The notes under the pieces: model-generated | What the model was told of the DNA's origin: nothing | Database searches by the model: none | What the model saw: the letters and a program-made list of their open reading frames with translations, nothing else | Position numbers and translations under genes: made by a program | Shown: positions 1-8,873 of the stretch, piece after piece | Position numbering within the stretch: position 1 is the stretch's first letter | How the letters are laid out: every line of letters starts with the position of its first letter | Origin: Clostridia bacterium | GTDB taxonomy: Bacteria; Bacillota; Clostridia; UMGS1883; UMGS1540 | Assembly: GCA_017436645.1 (NCBI GenBank) | Contig: JAFSCR010000030.1 | Location: 10,083-74,082, forward strand | Direction of reading: 5' to 3' | DNA length: 64,000 nucleotides

Positions 1-253
1 CTTCGTCCACATGGATATGGTCAGGCTTCGGTGCACATACGGCATAAGAAGCAACGCCGTACCAAATAGGCGGACAAATTACGACTTCCTTTTCCTTTTC
101 CAGTTCACGAAGACAGCCGTTTACTACCATGGTATCTGTGCCGCAGGATGCGTGGTGTGCATGGTATTCAATGGTACCGATAGGAATGATGAACGGCACC
201 TTTCTTTTAACAGCATCTTCAATCTGGTCATGAAACATATTAATCAGTTGCAT
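1..253 (-). CDS. creatininase (creatinine amidohydrolase) family protein, N-terminal part; the gene runs off the left edge of the window
   Basis: The minus-strand translation from the ATG at 253 reads MQLINMFHDQIEDAVKRKVPFIIPIGTIEYHAHHASCGTDTMVVNG. This matches the creatininase-family N-terminal metal-binding region (PxGxxEqHGpHlplgtD-like). The frame stays open to position 1. Confidence 0.6.
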   Translation of the reverse strand, partial: MQLINMFHDQIEDAVKRKVPFIIPIGTIEYHAHHASCGTDTMVVNGCLRELEKEKEVVICPPIWYGVASYAVCAPKPDHIHVDE

Positions 254-324
254 TTTTAAAGCCTCCTAAAATATTAGATTTAACCTTGTTCCCATTATAT
301 AATAATTTGGAAACCTTGTCAATA

Positions 325-498
325 TCAGCGGTCTTTTTTCTTACAAGTATCCGAGAAGGCACACCCCATACAGTTTCCGCCGCAGGTGTGTCCTTTTTTT
401 CTGTCTTTATAGATTTTGATAAGGGCGAAAATGATGGCCGCAAAAAGAAGTGCGCCAACAAGTATCGTTCCTGCGTTTTTGAAAAGAAAACCGAGCAT
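325..498 (-). CDS. FeoB-associated Cys-rich small membrane protein (57 aa)
   Basis: Translation MLGFLFKNAGTILVGALLFAAIIFALIKIYKDRKKGHTCGGNCMGCAFSDTCKKKDR shows one TM helix followed by a CGGNCMGC Cys cluster, the signature of the FeoB-associated Cys-rich membrane protein family. At 57 aa it is below the cutoff of the ORF track. Confidence 0.55.
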   Translation of the reverse strand: MLGFLFKNAGTILVGALLFAAIIFALIKIYKDRKKGHTCGGNCMGCAFSDTCKKKDR

Positions 499-616
499 GG
501 AAACCCTCCTTTCGGATAGTATAACTATAGCATACAGAAAGAATTTCTGTCAAGAAAATTCGAATGTTCTTTCCGTGGGTTTTCGGGCAGAAAAACGTAA
601 ATATTGCGAAAAACAG

Positions 617-645
617 TTGACATGACAGGTGAGTTTTGATATACT
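617..645 (+). promoter_or_regulatory. sigmaA-type promoter for the PFOR gene (TTGACA-17-TATACT)
   Basis: The sequence reads cagTTGACAtgacaggtgagttttgaTATACTaag, followed by RBS AGGAGGG 8 nt before the ATG at 696. Confidence 0.5.
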
Positions 646-695
646 AAGAAATAGTGAAAAAATAACTTCATATATTTATATAGGAGGGAATAAAT

Positions 696-3600
696 ATGGC
701 AAGAAAAATGAAGACCATGGACGGTAACAACGCCGCCGCATGGGCATCCTATGCCTTTACCGATGTTGCGGCAATCTACCCGATTACCCCGTCCTCGGTT
801 ATGGCAGAGGTTACTGACGAATGGTCAGTAGACAAAAAGAACAATATGTTCGGACAGCCTGTAAAGGTTGTTGAAATGCAGTCTGAAGCAGGTGCTGCAG
901 GTGCTGTGCACGGCTCCCTTGCAGCCGGTGCTCTCACCACTACCTACACCGCTTCTCAGGGTCTGCTCCTTATGATTCCGAATATGTATAAGATGGCAGG
1001 TGAACTTCTGCCTTCCGTAATTCACGTATCGGCTCGCTGCGTAGCAAGCCATGCGCTGAACATTTTCGGCGATCATTCTGACGTTATGGCATGCCGCCAG
1101 ACCGGTTATGCAATGCTCTGCTCCAACAGCCCCCAGGAAGTTATGGACCTTGGCGCAGTAGCACACCTTGCAGCTATTAAGGGAAGAGTGCCTTTCCTCC
1201 ACTTCTTTGACGGTTTCCGTACTTCTCACGAAATCGATAAAATCGAAGTCTGGGATTATGAAGACCTGAAGGAAATGGTTGATATGGATGCAGTACGTGC
1301 ATTCCGCAACGGTTCTCTCAATCCCGAACACCCCGTTCTCCGTGGTAGTGCACAGAACCCTGACATCTTCTTCCAGAACCGTGAAGCATGTAACAAATTC
1401 TATGAAAACGTGCCCGCAGTTGTAGAAGAATACATGAACCGCGTAAACGCCAAAATCGGCACAAACTACGGTCTTGTAAACTACTACGGTGCACCCGATG
1501 CCGAAAAGGTTATCGTTGCAATGGGCTCCATTTGTGATACCATTGAAGAAACCATTGATTACCTTACAGCACGTGGCGAAAAGGTAGGTCTTATTAAGAT
1601 TCGCCTTTACCGTCCGTTCCCCGTTGAAGCATTCCTTAAGGCTCTGCCCGCTACTTGCAAGAAGATTGCAGTACTCGACAGAACAAAGGAACCCGGCTCC
1701 ATCGGTGAACCTCTGTATCTTGACGTTTGCGCCTGCTTTACCGGCAAGGCTGATGCACCCACCATCATCGGCGGCAGATACGGTCTCGGTTCCAAGGATA
1801 CTGTTCCTGCTGATATTATTGCAACTTACAAAAACCTGGATGCAAAAGAACCGGTTCGCGGCTTCACACTTGCAATCACAGACGATGTAACCAACCTTTC
1901 TCTTCCCAGAGAAGAAAATCCCGATACATCCGCAAAGGGTAACACCGCATGTAAGTTCTGGGGTCTCGGCTCTGACGGTACCGTTGGTGCTAACAAGAAC
2001 TCCATTAAGATTATCGGTGACCATACCGACCTTTATGCACAGGCATACTTCTCCTATGACTCTAAGAAGAGTGGCGGTATCACCGTTTCTCACCTTCGCT
2101 TTGGTGAAAAGCCCATCAAGTCCACTTACCTCATCAACAAGGCAAACTTTGTAGCATGTCACAATCCCTCTTATGTGGACAAGTATGACATGGTACAGGA
2201 CCTCGTTCCCGGTGGCAAGTTCCTCTTAAACTGTGCATGGGATGTAAACGAGCTCTCCGACCGTCTGCCCGCAAAGATGAAGCGCTATATTGCAGAGAAC
2301 AACATTTCTCTCTACACTATTGACGCTATCGGCATTGCAAAAGAACTTGGTCTTGGCAACAAGACCTCCATCGTTCTCCAGTCTGCATTCTTTAAGCTCG
2401 CAAACGTAATTCCCTTTGAAGATGCAGTTGGCTATATGCGTGACGCTGTTGTTCGCTCCTTCGCCTCCAAGGGTGAAAAGATTGTAAGCATGAACCATGC
2501 TGCAATTGAAGAAGGCGCAAAGAACATCAAGGAAATCGCTGTTCCTGCTGACTGGAAGGATGCCCAAGATGCAGAAAAGGCTGCAGCTGCCGTTCCGTCC
2601 TTCGTAAAAGATATCTTAAAGCCCTGTGAAAAGCAGGCAGGCGACAAGATTCCCGTATCTACATTCGTAGACTATGTGGACGGTCACCTTCCCCAGGGTA
2701 TGGCTGCTTATGAAAAGCGTGGCATTGCAGTTGACGTTCCTGAATGGATTCCCGAAAACTGTATCCAGTGTAACCAGTGTTCTCTCGTTTGTCCCCATGC
2801 TGCTATCCGTCCTGTTGTTATGACGGCTGAAGAAGCTGCCGCAGCACCGCAGAACATGAAGCACAAGAAGATGAACGGTAAGGACCTCGGTCACTATGAA
2901 TTCGGCATTGCCGTAACGGTTATGGACTGCTCCGGCTGTGGCAACTGCGCTAAGGTTTGCCCCGCTAAGGAAAAGGCTCTCGTTATGAAGCCCATCGATT
3001 CCCAGCGTGACCAGCAGGCATGCTTCGATTATGCAGTAAAAGAAGTTTCCGATAAGGAAGAGCTTCTCGCACTGCCCATTAATGTTAAGAACTCTCAGTT
3101 CCACCAGCCGCTCCTCGAGTTCTCCGGTGCTTGTGCAGGCTGTGGTGAAACACCTTATGCAAAACTCGTTACCCAGATTTGCGGCGACAGAGCATATATC
3201 TCTAACGCTACAGGCTGTTCTTCCATCTGGGGCGGCAGTGCTCCCAGCACACCGTACACCACAAACAAAAAGGGTCATGGTCCCGCTTGGGCAAACTCCC
3301 TCTTTGAAGATAATGCAGAACACGGTCTGGGTATGGCAGTAGGCGCAAAGCAGCTGCGTGAAAGACTTCGCGGTCAGATTGCAGCACTCTCTTGCGAAAC
3401 TGTAAAGGCAGCAGCTGAAGAATGGAATGCAACTTACGATGACGGCGATCTCAATGCCAAGGCTACAGAAGCACTTATCGCAGCACTTGAAGAATGCGGC
3501 AGCGAAGAAGCTAAGGAAATCCTTGCATTTAAGGAATACCTTTCCAAGAAGGCTGTTTGGATCTTCGGTGGTGACGGTTGGGCATACGATATCGGTTACG

Positions 3601-4202
3601 GCGGTCTTGACCACGTTCTCGCTTCCGGCGAAGATGTAAACGTTCTCGTATTCGATACAGAAGTTTACTCCAACACCGGCGGTCAGGCTTCCAAGTCTAC
3701 CCCGACCGGCGCTGTTGCACAGTTCGCTGCAGGCGGTAAGCCCATCAAGAAGAAGAACCTTGCTGAAATGGCAATGAGCTATGGCTATGTATACGTAGCA
3801 CAGGTTGCACTCGGCTATGATATGAATCAGACGGTTAAGGCAATAAAAGAAGCTGTAAGCTACAATGGTCCTTCCATTATCATCGCTTACGCTCCGTGTA
3901 TCAACCACGGTATTAAGGGCGGTATGACCGATACCCAGAAGATTATCAAAAATGCTGTTTTGGCCGGCTACTGGCACACCTTCCGTTTCGATCCGAGACT
4001 GAAGGAAGAAGGCAAGAATCCGTTTACAATGGATTCCAAGGCTCCCGATGCTTCTTACAGAGACTTTATTATGAACGAAGTTCGTTACAGTTCTCTTGCA
4101 CGTAAGTTCCCCGAAAGAGCAGAAGAACTCTTCCAGGAAGCTGAAAAGCAGGCAAAGGAAAAATACGAGCATTGGACAAAGTTCGGCAAACTCTTCGAAT
4201 AA
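696..4202 (+). CDS. nifJ: pyruvate:ferredoxin (flavodoxin) oxidoreductase, single-chain PFOR
   Basis: The 1168-aa ORF carries a 2x[4Fe-4S] ferredoxin domain (CIQCNQCSLVCPH, CSGCGNCAKVCP), a TPP-binding region (GGDGWAYDIGYGG) and an N-terminus typical of NifJ/PorA-type PFOR. Confidence 0.97.
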   Translation: MARKMKTMDGNNAAAWASYAFTDVAAIYPITPSSVMAEVTDEWSVDKKNNMFGQPVKVVEMQSEAGAAGAVHGSLAAGALTTTYTASQGLLLMIPNMYKMAGELLPSVIHVSARCVASHALNIFGDHSDVMACRQTGYAMLCSNSPQEVMDLGAVAHLAAIKGRVPFLHFFDGFRTSHEIDKIEVWDYEDLKEMVDMDAVRAFRNGSLNPEHPVLRGSAQNPDIFFQNREACNKFYENVPAVVEEYMNRVNAKIGTNYGLVNYYGAPDAEKVIVAMGSICDTIEETIDYLTARGEKVGLIKIRLYRPFPVEAFLKALPATCKKIAVLDRTKEPGSIGEPLYLDVCACFTGKADAPTIIGGRYGLGSKDTVPADIIATYKNLDAKEPVRGFTLAITDDVTNLSLPREENPDTSAKGNTACKFWGLGSDGTVGANKNSIKIIGDHTDLYAQAYFSYDSKKSGGITVSHLRFGEKPIKSTYLINKANFVACHNPSYVDKYDMVQDLVPGGKFLLNCAWDVNELSDRLPAKMKRYIAENNISLYTIDAIGIAKELGLGNKTSIVLQSAFFKLANVIPFEDAVGYMRDAVVRSFASKGEKIVSMNHAAIEEGAKNIKEIAVPADWKDAQDAEKAAAAVPSFVKDILKPCEKQAGDKIPVSTFVDYVDGHLPQGMAAYEKRGIAVDVPEWIPENCIQCNQCSLVCPHAAIRPVVMTAEEAAAAPQNMKHKKMNGKDLGHYEFGIAVTVMDCSGCGNCAKVCPAKEKALVMKPIDSQRDQQACFDYAVKEVSDKEELLALPINVKNSQFHQPLLEFSGACAGCGETPYAKLVTQICGDRAYISNATGCSSIWGGSAPSTPYTTNKKGHGPAWANSLFEDNAEHGLGMAVGAKQLRERLRGQIAALSCETVKAAAEEWNATYDDGDLNAKATEALIAALEECGSEEAKEILAFKEYLSKKAVWIFGGDGWAYDIGYGGLDHVLASGEDVNVLVFDTEVYSNTGGQASKSTPTGAVAQFAAGGKPIKKKNLAEMAMSYGYVYVAQVALGYDMNQTVKAIKEAVSYNGPSIIIAYAPCINHGIKGGMTDTQKIIKNAVLAGYWHTFRFDPRLKEEGKNPFTMDSKAPDASYRDFIMNEVRYSSLARKFPERAEELFQEAEKQAKEKYEHWTKFGKLFE

Positions 4203-4212
4203 TAAAATTAAG

Positions 4213-4241
4213 AAAGGTCGCAATTTGCGGCCTTTCTTTTT
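4213..4241 (+). terminator. rho-independent terminator after PFOR
   Basis: A GC hairpin (aaaggtcgcaaatttgcggccttt) is followed by a T-run (ctttttaat). Confidence 0.6.
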
Positions 4242-4251
4242 AATGCAGTAA

Positions 4252-4293
4252 AACGCCTCACAAAACACATGAAATATTGTTTTGTGAGGCGTT
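4252..4293. terminator. long hairpin (16-bp stem) between the convergent PFOR and htrA genes; probable bidirectional terminator
   Basis: aacgcctcacaaaaca / tgttttgtgaggcgtt forms a perfect inverted repeat, flanked by gcttttatt. Confidence 0.5.
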
Positions 4294-4367
4294 TGCTTTT
4301 ATTGTGTTTTGCGGTTCGTCGAGGCCGTCGAACCCTACAAAGTTCAATGATAATTTCTCATTTTTGC

Positions 4368-5594
4368 TTACTGTTTCGGGGACGGTTTTTCTTCTGTCAG
4401 TACCACTTTAATATCCATGACACTGCCGTCACGGTTTACGGTAAGGGTAATCGTATCGCCGGCTTTGAATTTATCCCGAACCGCATTGATTTCATCGGCA
4501 GACTTTACTTCCTCGCCGTTGCACTTTAAAATAACATCGCCTTTCTTAATGCCTGCCGTAGCGGCGCCGCTGCCGGCGGAAACATCACTGACGAAAAGGC
4601 CTTCACAAGGAATATTATAGTACCGTGCTTCCTGTTCGGTAACGTATATCAGTGTCACGCCGATTTGCGGTCTGCCTTTTACGTAGCCGAAGTTCATAAG
4701 GTCTTCAATAATAGGCATGGCGTTTCTGGTGGGGATGGCAAAGCCCAGACCTTCAATTTCGGAAGAGCCGATTTTAACTGTGTTTATGCCGATAACCTCG
4801 CCGTAAGCATTTACGAGCGCACCGCCGCTGTTACCCGGGTTTATGGCGGCATCTGTCTGAATGAGAGTATAGGTCACATTATCAACCGTAAGGGTTCGAT
4901 TGAGTGCGCTGATAATCCCTTGCGTGAGTGACCCTGCAAGTTCCTGCCCTAAAGGGTTGCCGATGGCCACACATCTTTCCCCTGCCTCGAGAATGTCGGA
5001 ATTACCGATGGTTGCGGTGGGAAGGTCAGTAGCGTCCACCTTAATGACGGCAATGTCCGTTCTGGAGTCAGCCCCCACAACGGTGGCATCATATTCCTTG
5101 CCGTTATTTAAAATTACCTTAATACTTTTTGCACCTTCAATAACGTGATTGTTTGTTACAATATATCCGTTTGTGGAGATGATAATACCGCTGCCGCTGC
5201 CCTGCCCTTCCGAGATGGAAGGCTGGCCGAAAAAGGAATAGGACTGCTGCTGAACGACAGTTACAATGCCTACAACCGCAGGGCCGACACGTTTCCCGAT
5301 TTCTACCGTGGAAAGCTCTGTGCGGGTATCGGAAGAGTGGGTAACTTGCATGACCTCCGGCGCTGTGGATGAAACGTTGGAAAAATTGAAACTGCCGCCG
5401 AGCGTAATGGTACCGCCCGGGCCTTTTCCGCCTATAAGACGGGACACGAGGGGAGAGGTACAAGACATGACGAGGGCGCCGATCAGCGCACTCGAAAGTG
5501 CTATGAGCCAGATGCGAGGTTTCTTTTGCGGACTTGGGGGAGTAGGGGGCGTATTTTCTTCGCTATGCCATTGAAACTGATTGAATTCTTGCAT
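4368..5594 (-). CDS. htrA: HtrA/DegP family trypsin-like serine protease with an N-terminal TM helix and a C-terminal PDZ domain
   Basis: The catalytic motif GNSGGALVNAYGEVIGINT and a His/Asp region are present. There is a Pro-rich N-terminus plus a TM segment and a C-terminal PDZ-like domain. Confidence 0.9.
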   Translation of the reverse strand: MQEFNQFQWHSEENTPPTPPSPQKKPRIWLIALSSALIGALVMSCTSPLVSRLIGGKGPGGTITLGGSFNFSNVSSTAPEVMQVTHSSDTRTELSTVEIGKRVGPAVVGIVTVVQQQSYSFFGQPSISEGQGSGSGIIISTNGYIVTNNHVIEGAKSIKVILNNGKEYDATVVGADSRTDIAVIKVDATDLPTATIGNSDILEAGERCVAIGNPLGQELAGSLTQGIISALNRTLTVDNVTYTLIQTDAAINPGNSGGALVNAYGEVIGINTVKIGSSEIEGLGFAIPTRNAMPIIEDLMNFGYVKGRPQIGVTLIYVTEQEARYYNIPCEGLFVSDVSAGSGAATAGIKKGDVILKCNGEEVKSADEINAVRDKFKAGDTITLTVNRDGSVMDIKVVLTEEKPSPKQ

Positions 5595-5676
5595 GTAATA
5601 TCACTCCTTGTTTTTTGTTTTAGTATACCTTATATTTATGAGCAAATTATGAACCGATTGTGAAAAATTCTAAAAA

Positions 5677-7089
5677 TCATTTTTTCGGCAGCGTAAAGGT
5701 GAAACGGGTATATTCTCCGGGACTGCTTTCTGCGCTGATTTTGCCGCCATGGAGAACAATAATATTGCGGACGAGATACAGACCGAGACCTACCCCTGTC
5801 TTGTCTTTTCCACGGCTGCGGTCCGTTTTATAAAATTTATCCCAGATCAGTTTTAAATCCTCTTTTTCAATGCCGTCACCGCTGTTTTCCACGGAAACGG
5901 TAATGGAGGAATCTGCCTGTTTTACCGAAAGACGGACGTAGCCGCCTTCCCGATTAAACTTTAAAGCATTATCAAAAAGATTAATGAACACACGGTCAAG
6001 TGCATCCTTATCGGCCACAATGGGACAGCTTTCCCGGTCAAACGCTATGTCCGCATCAATATTTTTCTCTGTAAATACATTTTCAAACCGCAAAATAGAA
6101 ATACGAATCAGTTCGTTTAAATCAAATGCGGTTTTGTTCAGCTGCAAGCCTTCTTCCATACGGGCAACGAGCAAAAGCTCATTTACAAGCCGTGCCAGCC
6201 GCTTCGTTTCCGAAAGTACGATGGAAAGATATTCCTTGTGTCGCTCGGGCGGGATGGTGTTATCGAGAATGCCTTCAATAAAACCGGAAATGGTCGTCAT
6301 GGGTGTGCGGAGCTCATGGGAAACACTTGCAATAAATCCCGTACGCATATCCTCCAGCTTTTTGAGAGAATAGGTCATCTGATTGAACGTGTCACTTAAA
6401 GCGGCAAGCTCGTTATCGCCCTGCACGGGAACCACAACGGAAAAATCGCCCTTCATAATGGATTTTGCCGCATTTGCAATGTTTTTAAGCGGTTTTGAGA
6501 TGCGGCGGGAAATAAAGTAGGAAATGAGGCATGAAAGGGGAAATGTTAAAAGAATGGCACACAAAACGGTGCGGAAAATATTGTTGCGGTACATATTAAT
6601 ATGGGGCATGGGTACCGCCAAACAAGATACGGCAGGTGTTTCACCGTGATAGGAAATCGGTGCGGAGACCAGAAGATAGGTGTCCGGAAAGAAATGCCCG
6701 AAATGCCCAAGCTGTGCACGTTTCCCTTCAAAGAGGCGGCTTATCTGGGACGAGGGCATGGTGCCTTGTATATGCCCCGGAAGATTGCGGGAGCCTGACA
6801 GGATTTTGCCGCTTCTTTCCATAATAAACACAATGCCGCCTGTTCGCTGTGCTGCCTTATTGATGCTCATTTCATAAAACGATGCGGTCTCGGGGGAAGG
6901 ATTGTCCTGATAAAATACGGTAAGCTCGCTGATGTGTACTGCTTCCTCCGTCAGGGCCGCCTTTTTTTCATCAATGAAATAATTGCCGAAAAAGGCAAAT
7001 AAAATAGTGCCCAGAACCAAAACACAACTGGCAACAATTAAAAAATTGGAAACGAGAATCCGCCCGAAAATGGTTTTCGTTTTAAACAA
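5677..7089 (-). CDS. two-component sensor histidine kinase (2 TM, HAMP, HisKA, HATPase_c)
   Basis: The H-box SHELRTPMTTISGFIEGILD is followed by N, G1 and G2 boxes (GGKISAESSPGEYTRFTF). It overlaps the response regulator gene by 8 nt. Confidence 0.9.
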   Translation of the reverse strand: MFKTKTIFGRILVSNFLIVASCVLVLGTILFAFFGNYFIDEKKAALTEEAVHISELTVFYQDNPSPETASFYEMSINKAAQRTGGIVFIMERSGKILSGSRNLPGHIQGTMPSSQISRLFEGKRAQLGHFGHFFPDTYLLVSAPISYHGETPAVSCLAVPMPHINMYRNNIFRTVLCAILLTFPLSCLISYFISRRISKPLKNIANAAKSIMKGDFSVVVPVQGDNELAALSDTFNQMTYSLKKLEDMRTGFIASVSHELRTPMTTISGFIEGILDNTIPPERHKEYLSIVLSETKRLARLVNELLLVARMEEGLQLNKTAFDLNELIRISILRFENVFTEKNIDADIAFDRESCPIVADKDALDRVFINLFDNALKFNREGGYVRLSVKQADSSITVSVENSGDGIEKEDLKLIWDKFYKTDRSRGKDKTGVGLGLYLVRNIIVLHGGKISAESSPGEYTRFTFTLPKK

Positions 7090-7774
7090 GCGTTTTCACC
7101 TCGAATTTGTATCCCACACCCCAGACGGTTTTCAGCTGCCAGCCGTCCTCATGGCCTTCCAGTTTTTCACGAAGGCGTTTGACGTGTACGTCCACGGTGC
7201 GGGAATCACCGAAATAATCAAAGCCCCACACTTCTTCCAGAAGCTGCTCTCTTGTATAAACACGGTTGGGGTGGGATGCCAGATGATATAAAAGCTCTAA
7301 TTCTTTCGGCGGCAGATTTATGGTTTCCTCGCCCAAAGTCAGCTCGTAATTGACAAGGCTTACCGAAATGCCGCTGTACCGGACAATTTGTTCTTCCGGC
7401 GTTGCTTTTTCGCCGCATCGCCTAAGTACTGCCTTTACTCTTGCCACAAGTTCTTTTGGTTCAAAAGGTTTTACAATATAATCGTCAGCACCCATTTCAA
7501 GGCCCAGAATTTTATCAAGGGTTTCGCCCTTTGCAGTCAGCATAATAATGGGAACGGAGGATGTTTTACGAATTTCTCGGCATACGTCCATTCCGTCAAT
7601 CCCGGGAAGCATCAAATCTAAAATGACAATGTCGGGCGAGGAAGCACGAAAAGCGGCGAGGGCCGTCTGCCCGTCGTACGCCGTGGTAACAGCATAACCG
7701 TCCTTTTCCAGATAAAGGCGCACAAGCTGGCATATATTTTTATCATCATCTACGACTAAACAAGTGCCTTGCAT
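7082..7774 (-). CDS. OmpR-family response regulator (REC plus winged-helix), CssR-like
   Basis: The start is chosen at MQGTCLVVDDD with RBS AGGAGG. The protein has an acidic pocket and D at position 53, and a C-terminal trans_reg_C domain (VWGVGYKF). Confidence 0.9.
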   Translation of the reverse strand: MQGTCLVVDDDKNICQLVRLYLEKDGYAVTTAYDGQTALAAFRASSPDIVILDLMLPGIDGMDVCREIRKTSSVPIIMLTAKGETLDKILGLEMGADDYIVKPFEPKELVARVKAVLRRCGEKATPEEQIVRYSGISVSLVNYELTLGEETINLPPKELELLYHLASHPNRVYTREQLLEEVWGFDYFGDSRTVDVHVKRLREKLEGHEDGWQLKTVWGVGYKFEVKTLV

Positions 7775-7870
7775 TTTTCTTCCTCCTTTTTTATTTAGTA
7801 TATCACAAGGGCGGAAAAAGTGCAATTTTTTTATGAATAGAATATGAACAGATTTCTGTCTTTAATAAAA

Positions 7871-7899
7871 TTGACAAACCCGGAGAAATATGGTATACT
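7871..7899 (+). promoter_or_regulatory. consensus sigmaA-type promoter (TTGACA-17-TATACT) driving the truncated sigG-like ORF
   Basis: TTGACAaacccggagaaatatggTATACT, followed by RBS AGGAGA 9 nt before the ATG at 7915. Confidence 0.5.
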
Positions 7900-7914
7900 G
7901 CAAGGAGAAAGAAA

Positions 7915-8430
7915 ATGCCGCTCTTTTTTCACGTTCCTACGTTCATGCCGATGATTATAGGTGAAATCAGGCGGTATCTTCGGGATAATAATGCCATCCG
8001 TGTCAGCCGTTCTCTGCGGGACACGGCATACCGTGCTCTCTCCGTAAAAGAGCGCCTTTCCAAGGAAAAGGAGCCCACGGTGGAGGATATTGCACGGGAG
8101 ATGGGCATTAAAAAAGAAGAAGTTGTGTTCGCACTTGATGCAATCCTCGATCCGGTTTCCCTTTTTGAACCGGTATATCATGACGGCGGTGATGCGCTGT
8201 ATGTGATGGATCAGGTGAGTGACACACGCAGTACCGACGAAAACTGGACCGAAACCATTGCGCTGAAGGAAGCCATGCGAAGGCTTTCGGAACGGGAAAA
8301 GCTTATTTTGAATCTTCGCTTTTTCCAAGGGCGGACTCAGATGGAAGTGGCGGAGGAAATCGGCATCTCTCAGGCACAGGTTTCAAGGCTTGAAAAAAGT
8401 GCGCTGGAGGATATGCGCCGACATATTTAA
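7915..8430 (+). CDS. sigG: sporulation sigma factor SigG-like protein lacking the N-terminal regions 1.2-2.3 (only regions 2.4/3/4 are encoded)
   Basis: The 171-aa product is near-identical in pattern to the C-terminal two thirds of Bacillus SigG (PMIIGEIRRYLRDNNAIRVSRSLRD ... RFFQGRTQMEVAEEIGISQAQVSRLEKSAL). An in-frame stop lies at 7834-7836, so no longer N-terminus is possible. Confidence 0.7.
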   Translation: MPLFFHVPTFMPMIIGEIRRYLRDNNAIRVSRSLRDTAYRALSVKERLSKEKEPTVEDIAREMGIKKEEVVFALDAILDPVSLFEPVYHDGGDALYVMDQVSDTRSTDENWTETIALKEAMRRLSEREKLILNLRFFQGRTQMEVAEEIGISQAQVSRLEKSALEDMRRHI

Positions 8431-8462
8431 ACGATTATGCGAAAGAGGAAGGAGCCGAAAGA

Positions 8463-8846
8463 ATGCATAAATTATGGGTGGCACTTGTTGCCATGGTATT
8501 TGTTCTGGCAGGCTGTAACGTGCAAAAAATTCCGAATCAGGCAGAGGGCAATGCGCCGGCCATCACCCCTTCTGCTACCCCGGGAACCACGAACTTTTTG
8601 CCGAGACTGGATGTTTCGGGCAATATTATTACAACCGTATATGCCGAGGGCGTGTTTATAAAAGCGGAAGAAGGCACACTTTTTATGACAGAAAACGGGA
8701 AAGAGAGGAAGTTTATCCTTTCCGCCCGTGCTGAAAAGGATATTACGGCCTTGAAAATTACGGAAGGCACAAAGATTATCGTAAACTATAACCGAGTGGA
8801 TGAGGGGCAGGAGGCAGAAGCCTTAAGCCTTGAAAAGCTCTTATAA
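8463..8846 (+). CDS. hypothetical lipoprotein (signal peptide with LAGC lipobox)
   Basis: MHKLWVALVAMVFVLAGC is a lipoprotein signal peptide. RBS GAGGAAGGAG is present. No recognisable domain was found. Confidence 0.65.
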   Translation: MHKLWVALVAMVFVLAGCNVQKIPNQAEGNAPAITPSATPGTTNFLPRLDVSGNIITTVYAEGVFIKAEEGTLFMTENGKERKFILSARAEKDITALKITEGTKIIVNYNRVDEGQEAEALSLEKLL

Positions 8847-8873
8847 AAGCGCAGGCGTTTTGGCGGAGGCAAT

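Noticed and set aside
825-4268. Long antisense ORFs (445 aa and 550 aa) on the minus strand inside the PFOR gene
   Set aside because: They lie entirely within a high-confidence 1168-aa PFOR CDS, lack an RBS, and have low-complexity Cys/Val-rich translations typical of antisense frames of GC-biased genes.
7831-8328. 165-aa minus-strand ORF overlapping the promoter and 5' half of the sigG-like gene
   Set aside because: It is antisense to a gene with strong homology, has no RBS, and its product has no recognisable features.
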